From: Minisyncoccota bacterium
GTDB taxonomy: Bacteria; Patescibacteriota; Minisyncoccia; UBA6257; 2-01-FULL-56-20
Assembly: GCA_041664245.1 (NCBI GenBank)
Contig: JBAYLC010000002.1
Span: forward strand, 11,593 to 75,592
Length of the DNA: 64,000 nucleotides
Direction of reading: 5' to 3'
Below are positions 45,141-53,926 of this stretch, in pieces (the first letter of the stretch is position 1; each line of letters opens with the position of its first letter). Made by a program: the position numbers and the translations under genes. Below the pieces are notes generated by a model. The model ran no database searches and was not told the origin of the DNA. It saw only the letters and a list, made by a program, of their open reading frames with translations.

Positions 45141-46178
45141 ATGGTTAGAGTTTTAACAATTGGAACGGGAACAAGGGATATATTTTTAAAGAGCGGATTG
45201 TTTAAAGTTTTACGGGATCCAAAACATCTTGAACGAATAGGATTTCCAACTGGGGAAGCTCAGTGTTTTGCTATGGGCGGGAAAGTTGAGATTGATGATC
45301 TGGTGGCGACAGTTGGAGGTGATGCGGCGAATGCGGCGGTAACATTTGCCAGACAGGGTTTTAAAACGGAAACGCTGATGAAGATCGGTGGTGACCAAAA
45401 CGGAAGAGATGTCTATAGCCATCTCTTAGTAGAGAAAATAAAACCGATTTTCCGACCGAGTAATGGCCTTAAGAATGATGTATCAGTGATTCTTCTTTCG
45501 AGGAGCGGGGAGCGAACGGTTTTGGTTTTTCGGGCTATATCGAAAACATGGGATAAAAAAGATGTGCCTTTGGATAAATTAAACCAGCAAGTTGTTTACG
45601 TAGCGCCGGGGCGAATTCCGTTTTCGGTTTTAGAAATGACCCTAGTTAAGCTCAAAAAAAACGGGGCTTTTATTGCTATGAATCCCTCGAAACATTATCT
45701 CGATTTCGGAGCGGAAAAGTTGAAAAATGTTTTTAAGTATTTAGATTTGATTATAGCTAATCGAGAAGAGGGATCGTATCTAACAGGAGCAAAATATGAA
45801 GATGAAACGGAGATATTCAAGAAATTTGATGATTTATTTGGCGGTTTGGTGATAATGACCGATGGGCCGAAAGGGGTTTTGGTTTCAAATGGCGAAAAAA
45901 TTTATCGGGCGGGAATTTTTAAAGAGAAAAAAATAGTAGATAGAACCGGGGCGGGCGACGCTTTTGGCTCGGGATTTGTGGCGGGACTGCATCATGTATC
46001 AAAAAGTATTAGAGAATTCACCGATGCGGATATAATGCGGGCGATTCGGTTAGGGAGCGCTAATGCTACGTCGGTGGTGGAGGCGGTTGGCGCTCAGCCG
46101 GGGATTTTAACAAGAAGACAATTCGAGAATGAAAGCCGTTGGAAAAATTTGTCGATGACAGTGAAAAGAATTAAATAA
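45141..46178 (+). CDS. PfkB-family carbohydrate kinase (ribokinase-like)
   Basis: DRTGAGDAFGSGFVAGL PfkB signature 2; leaderless start 7 nt after gctataatt. Confidence 0.8.
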   Translation: MVRVLTIGTGTRDIFLKSGLFKVLRDPKHLERIGFPTGEAQCFAMGGKVEIDDLVATVGGDAANAAVTFARQGFKTETLMKIGGDQNGRDVYSHLLVEKIKPIFRPSNGLKNDVSVILLSRSGERTVLVFRAISKTWDKKDVPLDKLNQQVVYVAPGRIPFSVLEMTLVKLKKNGAFIAMNPSKHYLDFGAEKLKNVFKYLDLIIANREEGSYLTGAKYEDETEIFKKFDDLFGGLVIMTDGPKGVLVSNGEKIYRAGIFKEKKIVDRTGAGDAFGSGFVAGLHHVSKSIREFTDADIMRAIRLGSANATSVVEAVGAQPGILTRRQFENESRWKNLSMTVKRIK

Positions 46179-46182
46179 AAAT

Positions 46183-47436
46183 ATGTTACCAAGCGAGAAG
46201 ATAGCTAGGATATTAAGGGCGGATAAGGACTATATTAGTGATGTCGAAAAAAGATTGTCGCTTATTACCGGGAAAACGGGGGTTTTGGAAAAGATTGTGG
46301 CTGACAACGATTCCTTGATAAAAGAGCGATTGATGACCTTGGGGGTTGCAAAAGATGCCGATGCTAAGGAGATTTATGATGCTTTAATTTCCAAGATTGA
46401 ATCTGACGATCAAAGGATTTTCCACGCTTTAGGAAATCCAAATTGCCGAGAGGTGGCGGATTGCCAGAATATTGGTGATATTGCGAAGAAGGTGGTTAAT
46501 CCGCCGGTTGGATTTTTCTTAAAACTAGAGAAGGCGAATGAGTTTTTAATAAAGGAGCCGCCGAAAAAGGTAATGGCGTTTTTGGGATATGAATCGGCGG
46601 AGGAAATGCTGGCAAAAGAAGATTTATTGGAAGTTTATAGCGCGCTTCGATTTATCGAAGGAAGTGAATGGTTAAACGAAGTTTTTTTCAAACAATATTT
46701 AACGCTTACTCCTGATGATTTTGAAGAGAGAGAAATTGTGGTTAAAGCACTTAGCTCAAAATGGGGAGAAGAATCAGAGAAATTTGTGAGGAAAAAGTGG
46801 CACAACATTAGCCACCTGAAAGAATTGGGCGTTGTTTTTGTTATTCCAGCGCTTTTGGGGATATCAGGGGAGATTTTACGGATGTTCGTTTTGGTGATGC
46901 ATTATTTAAACGAGATTCCGTTTTACTCGAGGATATTTAAAAATATTGCTAAAGATCCCCTAACTTTCAATAATAATTTTATCTCGCTATTAAGAGGCGA
47001 CGTGATTGACCGGCATTTTCCGGATAGCGAAAAATCGCTTTGGCTGGTGATTCAGAGGTATTTAGCGAAAGATGACGAAAACGATTGGCGGCTTTTTGTG
47101 CCGCATATAAATCCGGAGGCGATTCATTGGTACAAAGCCGAGGAGGGAGTTTCCGGGATCGGAGCGATATTGGACGGTTTTTCTGAGGAGTTGATGTTTT
47201 GGAAGGGCTTGAGTTCGGTGGGCGATTTCTTTAAAGACGAAACTGGTAGCGACATTTTAGTGAGTTTTAATTTAGTGGATACCGTGATGAGCTTAGTGAA
47301 GCAAAAGGAAATGATTAAGTATCTTTACCACCACGAAGAAGCGCTTTGGAATCAGATTTTTGCGTCTTATTTCGGGCGAGAAGGACTAGATCGGCGATCT
47401 GAAGAATATTTACTTCAGGGGTATTTTGAGATTTAA
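46183..47436 (+). CDS. hypothetical protein (417 aa)
   Basis: long ORF with typical codon usage; no family recognised. Confidence 0.5.
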   Translation: MLPSEKIARILRADKDYISDVEKRLSLITGKTGVLEKIVADNDSLIKERLMTLGVAKDADAKEIYDALISKIESDDQRIFHALGNPNCREVADCQNIGDIAKKVVNPPVGFFLKLEKANEFLIKEPPKKVMAFLGYESAEEMLAKEDLLEVYSALRFIEGSEWLNEVFFKQYLTLTPDDFEEREIVVKALSSKWGEESEKFVRKKWHNISHLKELGVVFVIPALLGISGEILRMFVLVMHYLNEIPFYSRIFKNIAKDPLTFNNNFISLLRGDVIDRHFPDSEKSLWLVIQRYLAKDDENDWRLFVPHINPEAIHWYKAEEGVSGIGAILDGFSEELMFWKGLSSVGDFFKDETGSDILVSFNLVDTVMSLVKQKEMIKYLYHHEEALWNQIFASYFGREGLDRRSEEYLLQGYFEI

Positions 47437-47477
47437 TTTCTTGATTTTTTCTAAAAAGCTGATATTATGGATGGACT

Positions 47478-48131
47478 ATGAATTTAGCAGTTCAGAATAG
47501 AGAAAAGCTCGAAAAAAACTTAAGTATTTTAAGGCAGAGTGGCCTGGTGCCGGCAGAAGTTTATGGCCGCGGTTTTTCTAATAAACACGTGGCTATTTTG
47601 CTTAAGGATTTTATGAAAGTTTTTAAAGAAGCCGGGGAAAATACAATTGTTAATTTAGAATGCGAAAAGGAGAAGTGGCCGGTTTTAATTTACAACATTC
47701 AAAAAGACCGTTTGTCTGGAGAAATATCTCATGTTGATTTTTATAAGGTAACGATGAGTGAAAAAATTAAAAGCCACATTCCGCTTGAATTTATCGGTGA
47801 GTCGCCGGTTATTAAAGAGAAAAGGGGAATTTTAAATAAAGCGATGGCGGAAATTGAAGTGGAGGCGTTACCAGACGAGTTGCCGCATAGAATTAATGTT
47901 GATTTAAGTGTCTTAGATGAGCTCCATAAGAGTATTTATGCTGGCGATCTTAAGGTGCCAGCCGGAGTAAAAATTATACCTGAATCAAATACGGTTATTG
48001 TTACGGTTATTCCGCCTCAAAAAGAAGAGGAAGTGGTTAAGCCGGTAGATGTTTCTGAGGTTAAGGTTGAAGGGGAGGAAAAGAGAGCGGAGAAGGACAA
48101 GGAAGAAGAGGGGGGAGATAAAGGGAAATAA
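47478..48131 (+). CDS. rplY: 50S ribosomal protein bL25 / general stress protein Ctc
   Basis: N-terminal L25 fold pattern plus acidic/Lys-rich C-terminal tail. Confidence 0.75.
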   Translation: MNLAVQNREKLEKNLSILRQSGLVPAEVYGRGFSNKHVAILLKDFMKVFKEAGENTIVNLECEKEKWPVLIYNIQKDRLSGEISHVDFYKVTMSEKIKSHIPLEFIGESPVIKEKRGILNKAMAEIEVEALPDELPHRINVDLSVLDELHKSIYAGDLKVPAGVKIIPESNTVIVTVIPPQKEEEVVKPVDVSEVKVEGEEKRAEKDKEEEGGDKGK

Positions 48132-48244
48132 AGTATTCATCGAGGATTGAGAATTTTCGGGGTTTAGCCAAAAGTATCTATTTTACGTTATAATTACTAG
48201 GAACACCTATTTCTTTAAAAGTAGGCGTTTGGTTTTGTTTCATT

Positions 48245-49699
48245 ATGTTCCTTCTAAGACCGAAAATTGTTGAGGATATAAAGTCTAAAAAATATAATTG
48301 CTGGAGGGATAGTTATAAGAGACTACCGGCACGGCTCAATCTTTCTTACCGAAATAAATTTCGAATTTCTTTAAGTTTCTTTTTTACGGTGGTGGCTATT
48401 TCTTCTTCGCTTACTTACATGGTGATTGGTTCGGCGCTCGCGCCGACAATTTCAACTTTGGCAGCTAGTGATAATTCTAACGTTCAACAAGAAAGAGACG
48501 CCCTTGAAGCGCAGCTCAAAGATCTAGAAAAACAAATTGACGATTATGAAAATCAGATTGTCGGTTACCAAAAACAAGGCAAAAGTTTAAAGACTGAGAT
48601 TTCCGGCTTAGACAGTAAAATTGCAAAACTTAAACTTCAAATTAAAGCGGTGAATTTAAATCTAAAACAGCTTGACGACAAGATTGGAGAAACAACCTAT
48701 CAAATTTCGGCGACCCAAAGAAATATTGAGGATAGTAAAGCGTCGTTGGCGGAGATTTTGAAAGATCTTTATCAATCGGAACGAACAAGTACAATTGAAG
48801 TATTACTAAGTAATCCAAGGCTGTCAGATTTTTTTGATAATTTGAATAGTATTAATTTACTTCAGAATAGTTTGCAGATTGCGATTGCCAGAATTCAAGA
48901 TCTCCAGGTTAAGTTGACCGATCAAAAAGATCAACTTTCTTTAGCGAAAGAGGATGCGGCGACGCTTAAACAATACCAAGAGTCGCAAAGACAAGCAACC
49001 GAACAAACAAAACAGCAGAAGAATACTTTGTTGTCGGTTACAAAAGGACAGGAGAGCAAATATCAGGTTTTACTTACGGAAACAAAGAAAACAGCGGCGG
49101 AGATAAGAAATAGAATTTTCCAACTTTTAGGCGGTGGAGAACTTACTTTTGAGCAAGCTTATGAATTTGCTAAGTTGGCCAGTGGATCGACGGGAATTGA
49201 TACGGGTTTTATTTTAGCGGTTTTAGATAGAGAGTCGGCTTTAGGAAAGAATGTGGGAAAATGCAAATATACGACGGCGATGCACCCGACTAGAGACATC
49301 CCGATTTTTCTTAAAATTACCAAGGATTTGAATTTGGATCCAAATACCCTAAGTGTTTCTTGCGCCAATTCAGATGGAGCTTACGGAGGAGCGATGGGGC
49401 CGGCGCAGTTTATTCCTTCCACCTGGGTGATGTATGACGATGCGATAGCAAAAGTAACTGGCAACAATCCGGCATCGCCGTGGAGTAATGTCGATGCATT
49501 CGTGGCAACTGCCTTGTATCTCAAGGACGCAATGAGTGGTTGCACTTCGCTCTATAAGACTCAAGAAAGCCGGGAACGATGCGCGGCGGCAAAGTATTAC
49601 GCAGGAGGAAGATGGAAAAGTTATCTGTGGACTTACGGCGAGGCGACAGTTAGCCGGGCAATAAAGTTCAGGGAAGATATCAAGACGATTACGAGCTGA
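48245..49699 (+). CDS. coiled-coil protein with C-terminal lytic transglycosylase (SLT-like) domain
   Basis: long heptad region; LDRESALG...GAMGPAQFIPSTW SLT-like motif. Confidence 0.6.
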   Translation: MFLLRPKIVEDIKSKKYNCWRDSYKRLPARLNLSYRNKFRISLSFFFTVVAISSSLTYMVIGSALAPTISTLAASDNSNVQQERDALEAQLKDLEKQIDDYENQIVGYQKQGKSLKTEISGLDSKIAKLKLQIKAVNLNLKQLDDKIGETTYQISATQRNIEDSKASLAEILKDLYQSERTSTIEVLLSNPRLSDFFDNLNSINLLQNSLQIAIARIQDLQVKLTDQKDQLSLAKEDAATLKQYQESQRQATEQTKQQKNTLLSVTKGQESKYQVLLTETKKTAAEIRNRIFQLLGGGELTFEQAYEFAKLASGSTGIDTGFILAVLDRESALGKNVGKCKYTTAMHPTRDIPIFLKITKDLNLDPNTLSVSCANSDGAYGGAMGPAQFIPSTWVMYDDAIAKVTGNNPASPWSNVDAFVATALYLKDAMSGCTSLYKTQESRERCAAAKYYAGGRWKSYLWTYGEATVSRAIKFREDIKTITS

Positions 49700-49734
49700 T
49701 TTCAATTTTCGGCTAATTTTGGTAAAGTGGAGTG

Positions 49735-51003
49735 ATGAATTTCAAAAAAATAACTTTTAAAAACGGGCTTCGTTTAGTTTTGATTCCGCAGCCGCAAAGC
49801 TTAGCGGCGACGGTTTTAATTTTAGTGGAAGCGGGTTCGGAATACGAAACGAAAAACATTAATGGCCTTTCTCATTTTTTGGAGCACATGATGTTTAAGG
49901 GAACGAAGACGCGGCCAGATGCAGGACTTATTTCAAATGAATTAGACGGGATTGGAGCGGAATACAATGCTTTCACTGGACCGCAATATACCGGCTATTG
50001 GGCGAAGGTTCAAAAGAAAGAAATCGGCAAAGCGCTGGATATAGTTTCTGATTTGTATTTGAATCCGATTTTTAATCCGGATGAGATAGATAAAGAACGA
50101 GGCGTGATTATTGAAGAGATAAATATGTACGAAGATACGCCGATGCGAAGAGTGCAGGAGGTTTTTACTAATCTTTTGTATGGCGACCAGCCGGCGGGTT
50201 GGGATATTGCTGGCCGGAAAGAAGTTATTCGAGCCCTAAAAAGAGAAGATTTTATTAAATATCGGGAAAAGCATTATGTCGCGCCGAAGACAACGGTGGT
50301 GATAGCGGGAAGTTTTGATAAGAAAAAAGTTGAGGAGAAGATAAAGGGAACATTCTTAGGCTTACCTCGGAGGCAAAAATTTCAAAAGTTGAAGACAGTC
50401 GAGAAGCAGGCAAAGCCAGAAGTGGCGGTAAAATTTAAGGATTCTGACCAAAGCCATCTTATTTTAGGGGTGAGAGCTTTCGATGTTTTCGATAAGCGGC
50501 GTTACGCAATCCAGCTTTTGGCGAATGTTTTAGGCGGCGGAATGAGTTCACGGCTTTTCCGGCGAGTGAGAGACGAATTAGGCGCGGCTTATTATGTTCG
50601 CGCTGAGGCGGATTTAACTCTTGACCACGGATTTTTTTCAGTTTCATCGGGGGTGGATCATAATAAGATTAATCGGGTACTTGAAGTGGTGCTGGAGGAG
50701 ATGAATCGATTCAAGAAAGATTTGGTTTTGGAAAAAGAATTGGAAAAATCAAAGGAGCATATGATCGGTAATTTCGTTCTAAGTTTAGAAACTTCGGATG
50801 AAGTGGCTAGTTTTTTTGGTGGGCAGGAAATTATAACTAAGCAAATCATTTCACCGGAGGAAGCTATCAAAAAAATGAGAGCGGTAACGGCTAAGGAAAT
50901 TCAGAAAGTGGCTCACGATATTTTTGTTAATAAAAATTTGAATTTGGCGATTATCGGACCTTATAAAGACGAGGCGAGGTTCAGAAAGTTGCTTAAGCTT
51001 TAA
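49735..51003 (+). CDS. M16-family zinc peptidase (insulinase-like)
   Basis: HFLEHMMFKGT = HxxEH zinc-binding motif. Confidence 0.8.
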   Translation: MNFKKITFKNGLRLVLIPQPQSLAATVLILVEAGSEYETKNINGLSHFLEHMMFKGTKTRPDAGLISNELDGIGAEYNAFTGPQYTGYWAKVQKKEIGKALDIVSDLYLNPIFNPDEIDKERGVIIEEINMYEDTPMRRVQEVFTNLLYGDQPAGWDIAGRKEVIRALKREDFIKYREKHYVAPKTTVVIAGSFDKKKVEEKIKGTFLGLPRRQKFQKLKTVEKQAKPEVAVKFKDSDQSHLILGVRAFDVFDKRRYAIQLLANVLGGGMSSRLFRRVRDELGAAYYVRAEADLTLDHGFFSVSSGVDHNKINRVLEVVLEEMNRFKKDLVLEKELEKSKEHMIGNFVLSLETSDEVASFFGGQEIITKQIISPEEAIKKMRAVTAKEIQKVAHDIFVNKNLNLAIIGPYKDEARFRKLLKL

Positions 51004-51031
51004 GAGTTCTGATATTCTGAGAGGGGTTAAT

Positions 51032-52486
51032 ATGAGTAAATTTTATATAACGACGGCGATTGACTACTTGAATGCCAAGCCGCATCTTGGCCATGCTCTT
51101 GAGAAAATTCAAGCGGATGTTTTGGCGCGCTATCATAGACAGAAAGGAGAGGAGGTATTTTTTTTGACCGGTACGGATGAGCACGGAGTAAAAGTGCTTC
51201 GGGCGGCAAAAGTGGCGGGATTGGAAACTCAAGTTTTTGTCGACGAGCTGGCGGAAGAATTTAAAGATTTGAAAAAATATCTCAATCTTTCAACTGACGG
51301 TTTCATTAGAACCTCGGACAAAATTAACCATTGGCCGGGGGTTTTAGCACTTTGGGAAAAGCTAGTGAAGGCAGGCGATATTTATAAAAAGAAATATCGT
51401 GGACTCTATTGTGTCGGCCATGAAGCGTTTGTGACGGAAAAAGATTTGAAAGATGGCAGGTGTGTTGAGCACCAGAAAGAGCCGGAGGTTGTAGAGGAAG
51501 AAAATTATTTTTTCCGACTCTCGAAGTATTCTAAGGAAATCGGAGAGAGAATTAAGAAAAAGGAATTGAGAATCTTGCCGGAGACGAGAGAGAATGAAAT
51601 TTTAGCCTTGATTGAGAGGGGGCTTGAAGATGTTAGTTTCTCTCGGCCGAGCAAGGATTTGCCTTGGGGAATTTCCGTTCCGGGGGATCCAGAGCACACA
51701 ATGTATGTTTGGTGTGATGCGCTAACAAATTATATTTCGGCAATCGGATATGGCCGGAATGAAGATTACAAAAAATGGTGGCCAGCGAATGCTCAAATTA
51801 TTGGGAAGGATATTTTAAGGTTTCACGCGGCGATTTGGCCGGGGATGCTTCTTTCAGCTGGGTTGCCTCTGCCGCGGCAGATTTTGGTCCACGGATTTAT
51901 AAATATTGACGGGCAAAAGATGTCAAAGACGATAGGAAATGTTTTAGATCCGGTGGAATTGGTGAAAAAGTACGGAGCTGATCCGATCCGATATTTTTTA
52001 CTTAAAGAAATCCCTTCGGGGGAGGATGGTGATTTCAGTGAAGAGAAATTTAAAATGGTTTATAGCGGCCAGTTAGCCAACGGGCTTGGTAATTTTTCGG
52101 CGCGGGTTTTAGGTTTGGCGAGCAAATTTGAAAAACTGGAGGGAGATTTTAAGTTGATAGATAAGGCGGTGGAAGAAAAAATTTCGGTGACGAGAAAAAT
52201 TATTGATTCAAAACTTGGTGAGTTTAGAATTCACGAAGCAGTGGCGGTGATTGACGAGCTCATTTCTTTTGGGGATAGATATGTAAACGAGAATGAAGTT
52301 TGGAAAGAGACGGAATTAAAAAAGGAAATAATTATTAATTTGATTGTTATCTTGGATAACGCGGCATCATTTTTAAAACCATTTTTACCAGAAACGGCGG
52401 AAAAGATTGAAAAAAGTATTCAATGGATTGATGAAAAAACTTTAACAGTTAAAAAAGGCGAGGTTTTGTTTCCGCGGCTTAATTAA
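51032..52486 (+). CDS. metG: methionyl-tRNA synthetase (short form)
   Basis: PHLGH (HIGH motif) and KMSKT (KMSKS motif). Confidence 0.9.
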   Translation: MSKFYITTAIDYLNAKPHLGHALEKIQADVLARYHRQKGEEVFFLTGTDEHGVKVLRAAKVAGLETQVFVDELAEEFKDLKKYLNLSTDGFIRTSDKINHWPGVLALWEKLVKAGDIYKKKYRGLYCVGHEAFVTEKDLKDGRCVEHQKEPEVVEEENYFFRLSKYSKEIGERIKKKELRILPETRENEILALIERGLEDVSFSRPSKDLPWGISVPGDPEHTMYVWCDALTNYISAIGYGRNEDYKKWWPANAQIIGKDILRFHAAIWPGMLLSAGLPLPRQILVHGFINIDGQKMSKTIGNVLDPVELVKKYGADPIRYFLLKEIPSGEDGDFSEEKFKMVYSGQLANGLGNFSARVLGLASKFEKLEGDFKLIDKAVEEKISVTRKIIDSKLGEFRIHEAVAVIDELISFGDRYVNENEVWKETELKKEIIINLIVILDNAASFLKPFLPETAEKIEKSIQWIDEKTLTVKKGEVLFPRLN

Positions 52487-53328
52487 TGAAATTTATTGAC
52501 GCTCACACGCACGCTCAATTTTCGGCGTTCAAGGACGACCGGGAAGAAGTTATGAAACGCGCTCTTGGGGCGGGAGTGGCGGTGGTTAATGTCGGAACGC
52601 AAAAAGATACCTCAAAAAAGGCCGTGGAGGTGGCTAATAATTTTAGTGACGGAGTTTATGCAGTAATAGGAATGCATCCAATCCATACGGGAAAGTCTTT
52701 CTATGACGTCGATGAGTTGGGTGATATTCCCGGTGGAAAAGGATTCACAACGCGAGGGGAGGATTTTGATTACGAATATTATAAAGAGCTGGCCATGGAT
52801 AAAAAGGTGGTGGCAATCGGGGAGTGCGGATTGGATTATTACCGAGCGACAAGCGACATAGGAAATGAGACAAAGGCGAAACAGAAAGAAGTGTTTATTA
52901 AGCAAATTAAGTTGGCAAAGGAAGTTGAGAAGCCGCTCATGATTCACTGCCGAGATGCTTATCCCGATTTACTAGAAGTTTTAAAGAGTAATCAGAAATC
53001 TTTAAATTCAGTGCCGGGGATTCTACATTTTTACAGCGGGGATTTGGCGCAAACAAAAGAACTATTGGAAATGGGATTTTATTTTACGTTTGGCGGCGTA
53101 ATTACATTTACTAGAAGTTATGACGAAGTTGTCAAATTGATTCCAATGGATAGAATTTTGAGCGAGACGGATGCGCCTTACGTGGCGCCGGCGCCGTATC
53201 GAGGTAAGCGAAATGAACCGGCCTATGTTGTTGAAGTGGTGAAAAAAATAGCGGAGATTAAGGGAGTTTCGATGGACGAAATGGCGGCGCAGATTTGGAA
53301 GAACGCGCAGGCGATTTTTCAGATTTAA
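52486..53328 (+). CDS. tatD: TatD-family metal-dependent hydrolase
   Basis: FIDAHTHAQF...GECGLDY...MIHCRDA...DAPY. Confidence 0.85.
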   Translation: MKFIDAHTHAQFSAFKDDREEVMKRALGAGVAVVNVGTQKDTSKKAVEVANNFSDGVYAVIGMHPIHTGKSFYDVDELGDIPGGKGFTTRGEDFDYEYYKELAMDKKVVAIGECGLDYYRATSDIGNETKAKQKEVFIKQIKLAKEVEKPLMIHCRDAYPDLLEVLKSNQKSLNSVPGILHFYSGDLAQTKELLEMGFYFTFGGVITFTRSYDEVVKLIPMDRILSETDAPYVAPAPYRGKRNEPAYVVEVVKKIAEIKGVSMDEMAAQIWKNAQAIFQI

Positions 53329-53858
53329 TATAATTCTGGATTTTCAAGATGAATCAAGGCGGTGCGAATGGCTTGTTTTGTGTATTCTTTTCGCGTGATT
53401 CGTCCCTTGGTGATAATTCCGATAATTCCTTCGGCCGATCCTAGTTTTGGGTTTTCTGTTAATCCTGATTTATTAGCGGCTTGGGTAGCATCCAAGTTAT
53501 CTTCAATTATTAATTTGGTTATTTCTTTTGGATATTCAAAAGCCGAGGAAAGCCCAAGGTGGAAATTTTTGCCGTCGTAGATAGCGCACACACAGACATC
53601 CATGTAGCCGCTTTTTGTTTCGGGAACTTTCATTAGACCACTTTCTATACCCAAACTATAATTGCAATTTTTAAATACGTTTTTCGCTCGATTTTGCGCT
53701 CCCCTGATGGTTTCCTCTAGAGATTTCGGTTGATCTCCTACACCTGATTCGGTCTCGATACTACTAACATCGGCATTTTTAAAAAAATTATAATCGGAAA
53801 TTATTTCTTTTATCGCGGCGATTTTTGTCGAGTTTTTTGTGCCAATTACTATTTTCAT
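53325..53858 (-). CDS. YjjX-family inosine/xanthosine triphosphatase (non-canonical NTPase)
   Basis: IVIGTKNSTKIAAIKE...ESGVGDQPKSLEETIRGAQNRA resembles YjjX; overlaps the tatD stop by 4 nt on the opposite strand. Confidence 0.65.
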   Translation of the reverse strand: MKIVIGTKNSTKIAAIKEIISDYNFFKNADVSSIETESGVGDQPKSLEETIRGAQNRAKNVFKNCNYSLGIESGLMKVPETKSGYMDVCVCAIYDGKNFHLGLSSAFEYPKEITKLIIEDNLDATQAANKSGLTENPKLGSAEGIIGIITKGRITRKEYTKQAIRTALIHLENPELY

Positions 53859-53926
53859 TTGTTTTAGCGTTGTTTTTGCTTGATTTTTAGACTAGAATTG
53901 ACTTTATCAAGTGATTATAAGGATTT